Positions 28,825 to 37,809 of a DNA stretch of 64,000 nt are shown piece after piece. The notes beneath the pieces are model-generated. The model ran no database searches. It worked only from the letters and a program-made list of their open reading frames with translations, and was not told the DNA's origin. The position numbers were made by a program, and so were the translations under genes. Numbering within the stretch: the first letter of the stretch is position 1; every line of letters begins with the position of its first letter. The DNA comes from an uncultured Atopobium sp. (lineage in GTDB: Bacteria; Actinomycetota; Coriobacteriia; Coriobacteriales; Atopobiaceae), in assembly GCA_902481575.1 (NCBI GenBank), contig CABSWT010000003.1, positions 29,542 to 93,541 of the forward strand, written 5' to 3'.

Positions 28825-28980
28825 TAAAAATTAGCTTATAAAACCTAAAAATTTAAAAAGAGTTAGGTTAGTGAAGACACGCTTCAGATATATGTAATAA
28901 AATCAGAAAAGTAAATGTTATTTTCATTGTTATGTTTACAGTTTCATTTGTTTTATTAGGTAGAAAAGAAGGAGGTAGAA

Positions 28981-29982
28981 GTGGTTAGTATCGTTCTAGC
29001 CAGCCATGGCAAATTTGCCGAGGGCATCAAAGATTCTGGCGGCATGATTTTTGGACCACAGGAAGGCGTTGTAGCTGTAACGCTTACTCCTGATATGGGC
29101 CCAGATGACCTGCATCAGAAGATTCTCGACGCAATTGCCACGCTTGAAGATCAAGAGCATGTCTTGTTCTTGGTTGACCTATGGGGTGGCACCCCCTTTA
29201 ACCAGATTTCTCGCGTTCTTGAGGAAGAGGGTAAAGAGGATTGGGTTGCTGTTACTGGCCTTAACCTCCCAATGCTTATTGCAGCTTATGGCTCTCGTCT
29301 TGGCGTAGATACTGCGGCTGAGGTAGCAAAAGAGATTTACTCTGAAGCTCGTATGGGCGTAAAGATTAAGCCAGAAGAGCTTGAGCCACAAGAGGCAACA
29401 CCTACTGATGTTCCTGCTGCTCCAGCAGCACCTCAGGGTGCAATTCCTGCGGGTACTGTTATTGGTGATGGCAAGCTTAAGATTGTTCTTGCTCGTATTG
29501 ATACCCGTCTTCTGCATGGTCAGGTTGCAACTACGTGGACAAAGATGACCAAGCCAGACCGCATTATTGTCTGCTCTGATGGTGTTGCTCAAGATGAGCT
29601 TCGCAAGACCATGATTGTTCAGGCAGCTCCTCCAGGAGTACATGTCCACGTTGTTCCTATTAAGAAGATTATTGAGATTGCTCACGACACTCGTTTTGGC
29701 AATACCAAGGCAATGCTTCTGTTTGAGACTCCTCAAGATATGCTTCGCGCAATTGAGGGTGGCGTAGAAATCAAGGAAGCAAACCTTGGTTCTATGGCTC
29801 ACTCTGTTGGCAAAGTTGTTGTTACCAACGCAGTTGCTATGGATGAGGACGACGTAAAGACCCTTGAGGCCATCCGCGAGTGCGGTACAACGTTTGATGT
29901 TCGTAAGGTTCCTGCAGACAGCGCAGAGAACTTTGAGGCAATGCTTAAAAAAGCTAAGTCCGAGCTTGGCGCCCGTAAGTAA
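28981..29982 (+). CDS. manX: PTS mannose-family EIIAB
   Basis: ASHG, DLWGGTPFN, RIDTRLLHGQV. Confidence 0.95.
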   Translation: MVSIVLASHGKFAEGIKDSGGMIFGPQEGVVAVTLTPDMGPDDLHQKILDAIATLEDQEHVLFLVDLWGGTPFNQISRVLEEEGKEDWVAVTGLNLPMLIAAYGSRLGVDTAAEVAKEIYSEARMGVKIKPEELEPQEATPTDVPAAPAAPQGAIPAGTVIGDGKLKIVLARIDTRLLHGQVATTWTKMTKPDRIIVCSDGVAQDELRKTMIVQAAPPGVHVHVVPIKKIIEIAHDTRFGNTKAMLLFETPQDMLRAIEGGVEIKEANLGSMAHSVGKVVVTNAVAMDEDDVKTLEAIRECGTTFDVRKVPADSAENFEAMLKKAKSELGARK

Positions 29983-29998
29983 CTAGAAGGAGGTAGAA

Positions 29999-30814
29999 AT
30001 GACACCTATCACAATACTGCTTGTCATAATTGTTGCTCTTCTCGCTGGCATGGAAGGTATTCTTGACCAGTGGGAGTTCCACCAGCCCCTGGTTGCTTGC
30101 TCACTGATTGGCCTTGTGACTGGTCACCCTGCTGAGGGAATTATCCTCGGCGGTTCTCTTCAGATGATTGCTCTTGGTTGGGCAAACATCGGAGCTGCAG
30201 TTGCACCAGACGCAGCTTTGGCATCTGTTGCATCCGCAATTATTATGGTTTTGGCACTGAATGGTGGAGATACTGACACCACCGCTGCTATTAACACCTC
30301 TATTGCACTTGCAATTCCTCTGTCAGTAGCAGGCCTGTTCCTTACCATGATTGCTCGTACTATTGCAACTGGTATTGTCCACGCAATGGATGCAGCTGCC
30401 GAGAAGGGCGATTTTGCTGCAATCGAGCGTTGGCACATTGTAGCTATCCTCATGCAGGGTGCACGTATTGCTGTTCCTGCAGCTGCTCTTTGCTTCATTG
30501 ATCCAGCTATTGTCACTGATGCTCTAAACGCAATGCCTAAGTGGCTCACTGGCGGTATGGCAGTTGGCGGCGGCATGGTTGCTGCTGTTGGTTACGCAAT
30601 GGTCATTAACATGATGGCTACTCGTGAGGTTTGGCCGTTCTTTGCACTTGGCTTTGTCTTTGCTGCTATTAACCAGCTCACTCTTATTGCTCTTGGTGTT
30701 ATCGGTGCTTGCCTTGCTATTCTCTACATTGGTCTTAAAGACCTTGCTAAGCAGGGTGGCGGTGCAGGCGGTGGATCTGGTGATCCGCTCGGCGACATTA
30801 TTGACAACTACTAA
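29999..30814 (+). CDS. manY: PTS mannose-family EIIC
   Basis: FHQPLV, LGWANIGAAVAPD, C-terminal DPLGDIIDNY. Confidence 0.95.
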   Translation: MTPITILLVIIVALLAGMEGILDQWEFHQPLVACSLIGLVTGHPAEGIILGGSLQMIALGWANIGAAVAPDAALASVASAIIMVLALNGGDTDTTAAINTSIALAIPLSVAGLFLTMIARTIATGIVHAMDAAAEKGDFAAIERWHIVAILMQGARIAVPAAALCFIDPAIVTDALNAMPKWLTGGMAVGGGMVAAVGYAMVINMMATREVWPFFALGFVFAAINQLTLIALGVIGACLAILYIGLKDLAKQGGGAGGGSGDPLGDIIDNY

Positions 30815-30835
30815 TTCTGAAGGAGCGTGAAACTA

Positions 30836-31753
30836 ATGGAGAATAAGATTCAGCTTTCTAAGAAAGACCGCATGTCTGTTGCTCTTCGTCATCAGTTCCT
30901 TCAGGGTTCTTGGAACTACGAGCGTATGCAGAACGGTGGTTGGGCATTCTCAATGATTCCAGCCATCAAAAAGCTTTATCCAAACAAAGAAGATCAGGTA
31001 GCAGCTCTTAAGCGCCACCTTGAGTTCTACAACACTCACCCTTATGTTTCTGCACCAGTCATGGGCGTTACCCTTGCACTGGAGGAGGGACGTGCTAACG
31101 GTGAGCCTATTGATGACGTTGCAATTCAGGGCGTTAAGGTAGGCATGATGGGTCCTCTGGCCGGTGTTGGCGACCCAGTCTTCTGGTTTACCGTCCGTCC
31201 AATTCTTGGAGCACTCGGCGCATCTATTGCCGCTGGTGGTTCTGCACTTGGCCCTATTCTCTTCTTTGTTCTGTGGAACGTCATCCGCCTTACCTTCCTG
31301 TGGTACACCCAGGAGTTTGGCTACAAGGCAGGCGCTTCAATTTCTTCCGATCTTTCTGGTGGTATGCTGGGCAAGATTACCGAGGGTGCTTCTATTCTTG
31401 GTATGTTTATCATTGGTGCCCTGGTACAGCGTTGGGTTTCAATTTCATTTACCCCAGTTGTCTCTACCATTCCTCAGCAGGCAGGCGCATACATTGACTG
31501 GACAAAGCTTCCTTCCGGAGTAGAAGGAGTGCATCAAGCATTAAAGCTTTATGCTACTCTTGGACCAAATGGTCTTGACCCAATGAAGGTAACTACGCTT
31601 CAGTCCAATCTTGACTCGCTCATTCCTGGACTGGCAGCTGTTGGTCTGACACTGCTTTGCTGCTCACTGCTTAAGAAGAAGGTCTCTCCAATTGCTATCA
31701 TCCTGGCTCTCTTTGCCGTTGGTATTATTGGTCGACTCCTTGGCTTTATGTAA
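30836..31753 (+). CDS. manZ: PTS mannose-family EIID
   Basis: SWNYERMQ, FYNTHPY, MGPLAGVGD. Confidence 0.95.
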   Translation: MENKIQLSKKDRMSVALRHQFLQGSWNYERMQNGGWAFSMIPAIKKLYPNKEDQVAALKRHLEFYNTHPYVSAPVMGVTLALEEGRANGEPIDDVAIQGVKVGMMGPLAGVGDPVFWFTVRPILGALGASIAAGGSALGPILFFVLWNVIRLTFLWYTQEFGYKAGASISSDLSGGMLGKITEGASILGMFIIGALVQRWVSISFTPVVSTIPQQAGAYIDWTKLPSGVEGVHQALKLYATLGPNGLDPMKVTTLQSNLDSLIPGLAAVGLTLLCCSLLKKKVSPIAIILALFAVGIIGRLLGFM

Positions 31754-31792
31754 TGAGTAAGAGTACGTTCTAGTACTTAAAGTCGCACGAAT

Positions 31793-31829
31793 ATGGGTCG
31801 CGCTCTATAATGGGTGCGACCCATTTTTT
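31793..31829 (+). terminator. Terminator-like hairpin between manZ and the DUF956 gene
   Basis: ATGGGTCGCGC...GTGCGACCCAT plus T-run. Confidence 0.6.
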
Positions 31830-31840
31830 GAAAGGATTGT

Positions 31841-32248
31841 ATGGCTCAGTCTCAAAACAGTACGGTTGACTTCACCGCAAAGGCAACGTCATTCCACGGG
31901 CTAGCTACGTATGGCGACATCCTTATTGGTAATAAGGCCTTTGAGTTCTACAACCAGAAAAATCCTGAAGATTACATTCAGATTCCCTGGGATCAGATAG
32001 ATCATGTGGCAGCTTCGGTTATGGGACGTACCAAAAGCGTTTCTCGCTTTGCTATCTTTACTAAAAGCAATGGTAACTACTCGTTTTCTACTCGAGACAA
32101 TAAAGCAACACTGAGGGCTATTCGCGCCTATATAGGGGAGGAGAAACTCGTGCGTTCTCCAAACTTCTGGTTTGTCTTTAAGCACGGACTTATGGCAATT
32201 CCACAGCTTCCTCGCCTTATTAAAGAGAGTTTTATTAAAAAGAAGTAA
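31841..32248 (+). CDS. DUF956 family protein (ManO-like)
   Basis: MAQSQNSTVD, YGDILIGNKAFEFYN, YIQIPW; follows the man operon. Confidence 0.85.
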   Translation: MAQSQNSTVDFTAKATSFHGLATYGDILIGNKAFEFYNQKNPEDYIQIPWDQIDHVAASVMGRTKSVSRFAIFTKSNGNYSFSTRDNKATLRAIRAYIGEEKLVRSPNFWFVFKHGLMAIPQLPRLIKESFIKKK

Positions 32249-32384
32249 GCAAATTTTGCATTTTCACAAGAGCCGCCAGCACGGAAGGCGTGAAACTGAT
32301 AAAATCCAACATGCATATACGTGTCGCGGGTAGTTTGAAAATTCACGTTCTTCTCGCGACTTTATCGAGTGAAAAGAGTTAGAC

Positions 32385-32948
32385 GTGGCAACTATCAGCA
32401 CCGCAGATTTCAAGAACGGCCTTGGCCTTAAGATTAACGATAAGTACTACACCATCGTTGAGTTCCAGCACGTAAAGCCAGGTAAGGGCGGCGCTTTTGT
32501 CCGCTATAAGATTCGTGACCTTCGCTCTGGTCGCGTTATTGATCAGACCTGCAACGCTGGTACCAAGTTTGAGAACGTTCTTCTGCTCACCAAAGAGATG
32601 CAGTACCTCTACAACGACGGTGAGTCCTTCTACTTCATGGACAACGAGACTTACGATCAGGTAGCTGTCCCTGCTGATTTCATTGGCGAGAAGAGCGTCT
32701 GGTTCAAGGAGAACGATAACGCACAGCTTCTCTATGCAGACACTGAGCTTCTTGGTGTTGAGCCTCCAATGTTCATTGAGGCAGAGATCACTGAGACTGA
32801 CCCAGGCTTCAAGGGAGACACTGTTCAGGGCGGCACCAAGCCAGCAACTATTGAGACTGGTGCAACGCTTCAGGTTCCAATGTATCTGAACCAGGGTGAG
32901 CGCATTAAGGTTGACACCCGCGACGGCAAGTTTGTTTCTCGCGTTTAA
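32385..32948 (+). CDS. efp: Elongation factor P
   Basis: HVKPGKGGAFVR, PGFKGDT, KPATIETG. Confidence 0.97.
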   Translation: MATISTADFKNGLGLKINDKYYTIVEFQHVKPGKGGAFVRYKIRDLRSGRVIDQTCNAGTKFENVLLLTKEMQYLYNDGESFYFMDNETYDQVAVPADFIGEKSVWFKENDNAQLLYADTELLGVEPPMFIEAEITETDPGFKGDTVQGGTKPATIETGATLQVPMYLNQGERIKVDTRDGKFVSRV

Positions 32949-33029
32949 TGCATATGCTTTGGGTGCATAAGCTCCCAACAGGTATTGAGTAATTATTTCA
33001 AAGACAGTTTGTCTTTTTAGGGGGTAGAC

Positions 33030-33395
33030 ATGGCTGAAACAGAGCTTCGTATAGCAGGCATCGGCATCTCAAAAGATGTAATTTCAACGGTTGTCTCCGG
33101 CGCAGCTGGAAGTGTTGAAGGTGTTGCCTCCGTTGGCGGAAACGATACACTGGCATCCAACCTTATTAACGTCTTTACCAGCAGAAGCCTTGCACCAGAG
33201 AAGGCTGTTGAGGCAGGCGTAGAGAACGGTCAACTTCATCTTGGAGTTCACCTTACCGTTTTCTATGGTTATCCTTTCACAAAGCTTGCTTCTGAGGTAA
33301 GACTTGCTGTTGCAACTGCCGTAAATGAGCAGATTGGCGTCAGCATTGCTTCCGTTGATGTTTACATTGACAGCCTTGTTTTTCCTAAGGAGTAG
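33030..33395 (+). CDS. Asp23/Gls24 family protein
   Basis: 'ISKDVISTV...VEGV', 'VDVYID'; between efp and nusB. Confidence 0.85.
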   Translation: MAETELRIAGIGISKDVISTVVSGAAGSVEGVASVGGNDTLASNLINVFTSRSLAPEKAVEAGVENGQLHLGVHLTVFYGYPFTKLASEVRLAVATAVNEQIGVSIASVDVYIDSLVFPKE

Positions 33396-33397
33396 GC

Positions 33398-33901
33398 TTG
33401 AGCGTTAAGTTTTTTGGACGTACCCGCGCCCGTAGCCAAGCACTACAGCTTTTGTTCCAGGCTGAAGCCACTAATCGCAGCGTTCTTGAGGTCCTCGACG
33501 GAGACTACACACTCTCCGAGGGACCTCTTGATGAGTATGCGCAGTCGCTGGCAGTGGGAGCAGATGGCATTAGAGATGACCTTGATGACATCATTGCTGC
33601 TTACTCAAAAGACTGGGCAATTGATCGCATGCCTTCCGTAGACCGAAATCTCTTAAGAATTTCTCTTTACGAGATTCTTGAGGTTCCTGAGGTTGATGTA
33701 GCTGTTGCTATTAACGAGGTAGTTGACCTTGCTCGCGCTTACTGCGGCGATGATTCTCCTCGCTTTATTAACGGCGTTCTTGGTCGTATTGTTGACGATG
33801 TTGAGGCTGGAGAAGACATTTATTCTCTGTGCCATAAGCAGTCTGCTGAGCAAGACGTTTCTGAAGAAGAGCCAGAGAGCTCTGTGGAAGATGCAGAGTA
33901 G
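33398..33901 (+). CDS. nusB: Transcription antitermination factor NusB
   Basis: RARSQALQLLFQ, WAIDRM..VDRNLLR, FINGVLG. Confidence 0.93.
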   Translation: MSVKFFGRTRARSQALQLLFQAEATNRSVLEVLDGDYTLSEGPLDEYAQSLAVGADGIRDDLDDIIAAYSKDWAIDRMPSVDRNLLRISLYEILEVPEVDVAVAINEVVDLARAYCGDDSPRFINGVLGRIVDDVEAGEDIYSLCHKQSAEQDVSEEEPESSVEDAE

Positions 33902-33903
33902 TC

Positions 33904-34251
33904 ATGGCAAAAATCGATACGTCTGAATATCAGAGCTTTGACCAGATAACCGCAAGACTTGATTCAATTGTTGATCAAGTTCGCGATAAGAACGTCTCGC
34001 TGGAGCATTCTCTTGACCTCTTTGATGAGGCAATTGCTCTAGGTTCAAAGGCTGTCAACATGGTTGACACCACAGAGTTTACGCTGGAAGAGGAAGAGCG
34101 TCTGATTCAGGCCCAGGCAGCAGGGGACGCAGCTGACGCAAGCGGCGCAGCGGCTGCCACTGATGAGCAGGCTTCTTCTGAGCAGGTTGAGGCTTCAGCT
34201 GCATATGAAACGTCGTCTGATGACGCGGTTTCAGAAAGCGATGAGCACTAG
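33904..34251 (+). CDS. xseB: Exodeoxyribonuclease VII small subunit with acidic tail
   Basis: SFDQITARLDSIV...SLEHSLDLFDEA. Confidence 0.8.
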   Translation: MAKIDTSEYQSFDQITARLDSIVDQVRDKNVSLEHSLDLFDEAIALGSKAVNMVDTTEFTLEEEERLIQAQAAGDAADASGAAAATDEQASSEQVEASAAYETSSDDAVSESDEH

Positions 34252-35057
34252 TGGCTCAACGCATTTCTCGCCAAAGGCTCGATAAAGAGCTGGTTAGGCA
34301 AGGATTTTTCAAGGACACTCAAGCTGCATTACGCGCAATTCTTGCGGGTGATGTTTCTACGAGTGATAGAAGATTGACCTCAGCGGGAGAGCTTGTTCCT
34401 GAGGGATTGTTTCTGCACGTAAAAGGTGCTATTCCATACGTGAGCCGAGGTGGACTTAAGCTCGAGCGTGCCTTTGAAGTTTTTGATTTTACGGTTCAAA
34501 ATAAAAAATGTCTAGATATTGGCTGTTCAACTGGCGGTTTTACCGATTGCCTGCTTCAACATGGAGCTGCTTCGGTTACCTCGGTTGATGTTGGCTATGC
34601 GCAGTTTGATTGGTCGCTCAGAAACGACAGCAGGGTTGAACTGCTCGAACGTACAAATATTACGTCCCTGCCAGAAATGGGCTACTCGCACGTTTTTGAT
34701 GTTGCTGTATGTGACGTATCGTTTACGTCAATCTTGTCAATTCTTCCTTCTGTTTTAGATGTTCTAGCTCCTGAAGGAGCCTTTGTTACACTGGTCAAAC
34801 CACAGTTTGAAGCTAAGAGGGAAGAAGTGGGTGAGGGCGGTATTGTGACTGATGCCTCCGTGCGTCTGCAAACGCTGCAAAAGGTTTCCGATGCGTTTAA
34901 GGAAGCTCATATGGGTCCTTTGGGCGCGTGTGAAAGTCCTATTCACGGTGCTAAGGGCAACGTGGAATATTTACTGTTTGGACAGCTTGAGGCAGGTTCG
35001 CATGATTTGGATCTTGCTTCAGTGGTATCGAGTCATTCTGTAGAAATAGTGAAATAG
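34251..35057 (+). CDS. tlyA: TlyA-family rRNA 2'-O-methyltransferase
   Basis: RLD, YVSRGGLKL, STGGFTDCLL, DVSF, KPQFE. Confidence 0.93.
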   Translation: MAQRISRQRLDKELVRQGFFKDTQAALRAILAGDVSTSDRRLTSAGELVPEGLFLHVKGAIPYVSRGGLKLERAFEVFDFTVQNKKCLDIGCSTGGFTDCLLQHGAASVTSVDVGYAQFDWSLRNDSRVELLERTNITSLPEMGYSHVFDVAVCDVSFTSILSILPSVLDVLAPEGAFVTLVKPQFEAKREEVGEGGIVTDASVRLQTLQKVSDAFKEAHMGPLGACESPIHGAKGNVEYLLFGQLEAGSHDLDLASVVSSHSVEIVK

Positions 35058-35069
35058 AACGAATGTTCT
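35056..35069. promoter_or_regulatory. LexA (SOS) box upstream of nadK-recN
   Basis: AGAAC-GAAT-GTTCT matches the Gram-positive GAAC-N4-GTTC consensus. Confidence 0.75.
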
Positions 35070-35174
35070 ATTTTGTAGTATTGTTTGTATTTTTTTAGGT
35101 ATACTAAGTACATCGAATCAGACGCTTTAACTGTTTCAGTTGTGCAATCAAGCAAAATCGGGAGAGTGGTTTGC

Positions 35175-36032
35175 GTGAAGGTACTTCTTGTTCCAAATTA
35201 TTCAAGAGAAGTTGCTGTTTCTGGTGCACGTGAACTTGAAGAATGGCTCTTTGAGCAGGGCTGTGATGTTCAATGGGCACACGATAAAAAGCTATTCCCG
35301 GATAAAGTTGTAGATTGTTCTGATTGCCAGCTTGTTATTTCTCTTGGTGGAGACGGAACGCTTCTGAGGGCCGCCAAAATTGTTGAGTATTCAGAAATTC
35401 CAATTTTGGGTATCTCTTATGGTCACCTTGGCTTTTTAACTAGTGCAACTCCTCATCAAATGATTGAGATGGTAGCTGATGCTCTTGCTGGAGAGCTTCA
35501 CGTATCTAGAAGAGCAACACTTGCAATAGAAACAGAGTATGAGCTTCCATCTGGAGAAACTTACGTCGAGAAGACCTTCTCGCTCAATGATTTTGCAGTT
35601 TCCAGAGGTGGAGCAGGCGATATGGTTGAGTTTACAGTTTCTGTATCAGGCAACCATATTGATAAGCTTCGCGGTGATGGTTTTGTTGTTAGTACAGCAA
35701 CTGGATCCACCGGCTATGCTCTTGCTGCTGGTGGCCCTATTGTTACACCAGAGTTCTCGGGAATGGTTTGCGTGCCAATCGCACCACATACTATTTTGGC
35801 TCGTGCATTCCTTACCTCTCCTTCTGATGTGGTTGAAATTACCATGTCAAAAGATAGGCCGGCGACATGTCACTTCTTCTCTGATGGGCAAAACATTAAG
35901 CATCCAGAAGAGGGTGTGGCTACCAAAGCTCGTATTAGCCGTGGACCAGGAGATATCATTCTGCTTGATAGAAGTGCTGATAGTTTCTATCGTTCAGTTT
36001 CTCGTGTATTTTACGGTAAAACTGGTCAGTAA
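35175..36032 (+). CDS. nadK: NAD kinase
   Basis: LGGDGTLL, GHLGFL, LND, DGFVVSTATGSTGYALAAGG. Confidence 0.93.
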   Translation: MKVLLVPNYSREVAVSGARELEEWLFEQGCDVQWAHDKKLFPDKVVDCSDCQLVISLGGDGTLLRAAKIVEYSEIPILGISYGHLGFLTSATPHQMIEMVADALAGELHVSRRATLAIETEYELPSGETYVEKTFSLNDFAVSRGGAGDMVEFTVSVSGNHIDKLRGDGFVVSTATGSTGYALAAGGPIVTPEFSGMVCVPIAPHTILARAFLTSPSDVVEITMSKDRPATCHFFSDGQNIKHPEEGVATKARISRGPGDIILLDRSADSFYRSVSRVFYGKTGQ

Positions 36033-36043
36033 GCAGGTCATAT

Positions 36044-37675
36044 ATGCTTGATGAACTTCGCGTGCAAAATGTTGCACTTATTGAAGACGCTTCTCTTGCA
36101 CCCGCCTCAGGTTTAACTGTTTTAACAGGAGAGACAGGTGCTGGTAAAACCGCTCTTTTATCTTCCATTAAGCTCTTAGTAGGAGAGCGTGCGGATGCTT
36201 CTGCAGTAAGAGAAGGAACAGACGCTCTTAGGGTTGAGGCACGCTTTTTTACCTCGCCAGAAGATCAAGAGGGAATTGTAGTCTCTAGAAAAGTCTCTGC
36301 TGATGGCAGAGGCAGAGTAGAGATTGATGGCCACATGGCATCAGTTAAAGAGCTGGCTGGAGGCATTGGAACATCAATTGATTTGTGTGGTCAGCACGAG
36401 CACCAAAGATTGCTTGATGTAAAGAATCATGTCAGCATGCTGGACGCATGGATTGGTTCAGATATTCAGTCTTACCAGACAGAGTATATAGATGCTCTTC
36501 ATGCTTACCATGCTGCGGTTACCGAGCTTCAGCGGGTTATTGAAGTAAGTCAGTCTAGCAATGCAAAAATTGATGAAGCGGCATTTCTTGTCCAAAGAAT
36601 TGATGAGGTCTCTCCTAAAGAAGGAGAGTTAGAAGACCTAGAAGAGCAACTTCCTCGGTTTGAACACGCAGAGGCTCTCCTTCAAGCTGCAGGAGGAACA
36701 CATGAGTTACTTTCAGATGATGAGGGCATCATTGATTCTCTCTCCGATGCAGTTCAAATGCTTCAAAGCGCTTCAACGTTTGATGATACGTTAGGTACCT
36801 ATGCAGAGTCTCTTTCAAGCGCACTTATAGAGATTGAGGATGTTTCTTCAGAGCTCAGAAGTTATGTCGGTTCTCTTGATTTTGATGAAGAAGCTCTTGA
36901 AGAGATGCAAAGCCGCATGGCTCGTCTTCAGGGTCTTATGAGAACGTATGGTCCTGGTATGAAAGATGTATTTAAGAAATACCAGGCAGCTCAAAATCTT
37001 CTTGAGGTTACAAGAGATACAGAAAAGCTTGTCCGTGAGGCGCAGGCAGAAGTAGATAGGGCAAAAGAGACTCTTACCGTAAAGGCTCAGGCACTTAAAA
37101 AGGTTCGTGTTGCTGCAGCTCCAAAACTTTGTGATGCTGTTACTAAGCAAATGAGTCATCTGCAGATGGGTTCAGCTCAGATTGAATTGAACTTTGAAGA
37201 TCTTTCTTTTGAGCAGTGGAATAAAGTTGGATCTACAAAGATTGAGCTTATGTATAAGCCTTCAGCTCAGATGACTGCTCGTCCACTTAGAAAGATTGCC
37301 TCTGGTGGCGAGGTTTCTCGCGTCATGCTTGCATGCAAAGTGGTTCTAGGAGAGTCTGACGTCTGCGATACCCTTGTATTTGATGAGGTTGACGCTGGCG
37401 TTGGTGGAGCTACTGCCGTTGCTCTTGCAGAGGTTTTAGCGCAGCTTGCTAAAACCCATCAGGTGATTGTGGTGACTCACTTGCCACAGGTTGCTGTTAT
37501 GGCCTCTAAACAGTATGTAGTCTCAAAGACAGAAGAACATAACGCGCTTCCTATAACTTCTCTTACAGAGGTTTCTGGCACTCAGAGAGAAGAAGAGATT
37601 GCACGCATGCTTTCAGGCTCTATAACTGAGGCTTCTTTGGCTCACGCGCATGAGCTGCTGTCAGAAGTCCGCTAG
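36044..37675 (+). CDS. recN: DNA repair protein RecN
   Basis: TGETGAGKT, GQHEH, ASGGEVSR, FDEVDAG, THLPQVA. Confidence 0.95.
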   Translation: MLDELRVQNVALIEDASLAPASGLTVLTGETGAGKTALLSSIKLLVGERADASAVREGTDALRVEARFFTSPEDQEGIVVSRKVSADGRGRVEIDGHMASVKELAGGIGTSIDLCGQHEHQRLLDVKNHVSMLDAWIGSDIQSYQTEYIDALHAYHAAVTELQRVIEVSQSSNAKIDEAAFLVQRIDEVSPKEGELEDLEEQLPRFEHAEALLQAAGGTHELLSDDEGIIDSLSDAVQMLQSASTFDDTLGTYAESLSSALIEIEDVSSELRSYVGSLDFDEEALEEMQSRMARLQGLMRTYGPGMKDVFKKYQAAQNLLEVTRDTEKLVREAQAEVDRAKETLTVKAQALKKVRVAAAPKLCDAVTKQMSHLQMGSAQIELNFEDLSFEQWNKVGSTKIELMYKPSAQMTARPLRKIASGGEVSRVMLACKVVLGESDVCDTLVFDEVDAGVGGATAVALAEVLAQLAKTHQVIVVTHLPQVAVMASKQYVVSKTEEHNALPITSLTEVSGTQREEEIARMLSGSITEASLAHAHELLSEVR

Positions 37676-37754
37676 ATTTTTCAGAACTACATGGACATAA
37701 CAATGTATTTGTTTGGAGATTAAATTTCTCGGCACTATGGGCCTTAAAGCGGAA

Positions 37755-37803
37755 TAATATAAAGACCCGTAGAAATGTAATTGGCTAATCTTACCTACGG
37801 GAG
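37755..37803 (+). promoter_or_regulatory. pyrG leader: -10 plus hairpin sequestering the SD
   Basis: TAATAT (37755); CCCGTAG (37766-72) pairs with CTACGGG (37795-801), which overlaps SD GGGAG. Confidence 0.5.
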
Positions 37804-37809
37804 TAATCC

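Noticed and set aside
28870..28945. CcpA cre site upstream of the man PTS
   Set aside because: Only loose TG...CA matches in AT-rich DNA; none fits the 14-bp consensus well.
32943..32966. SigB-type promoter GTTTAA-N12-GGGTGC before asp23
   Set aside because: Imperfect -10, overlaps the efp stop, and the specificity of this sigma is unknown.
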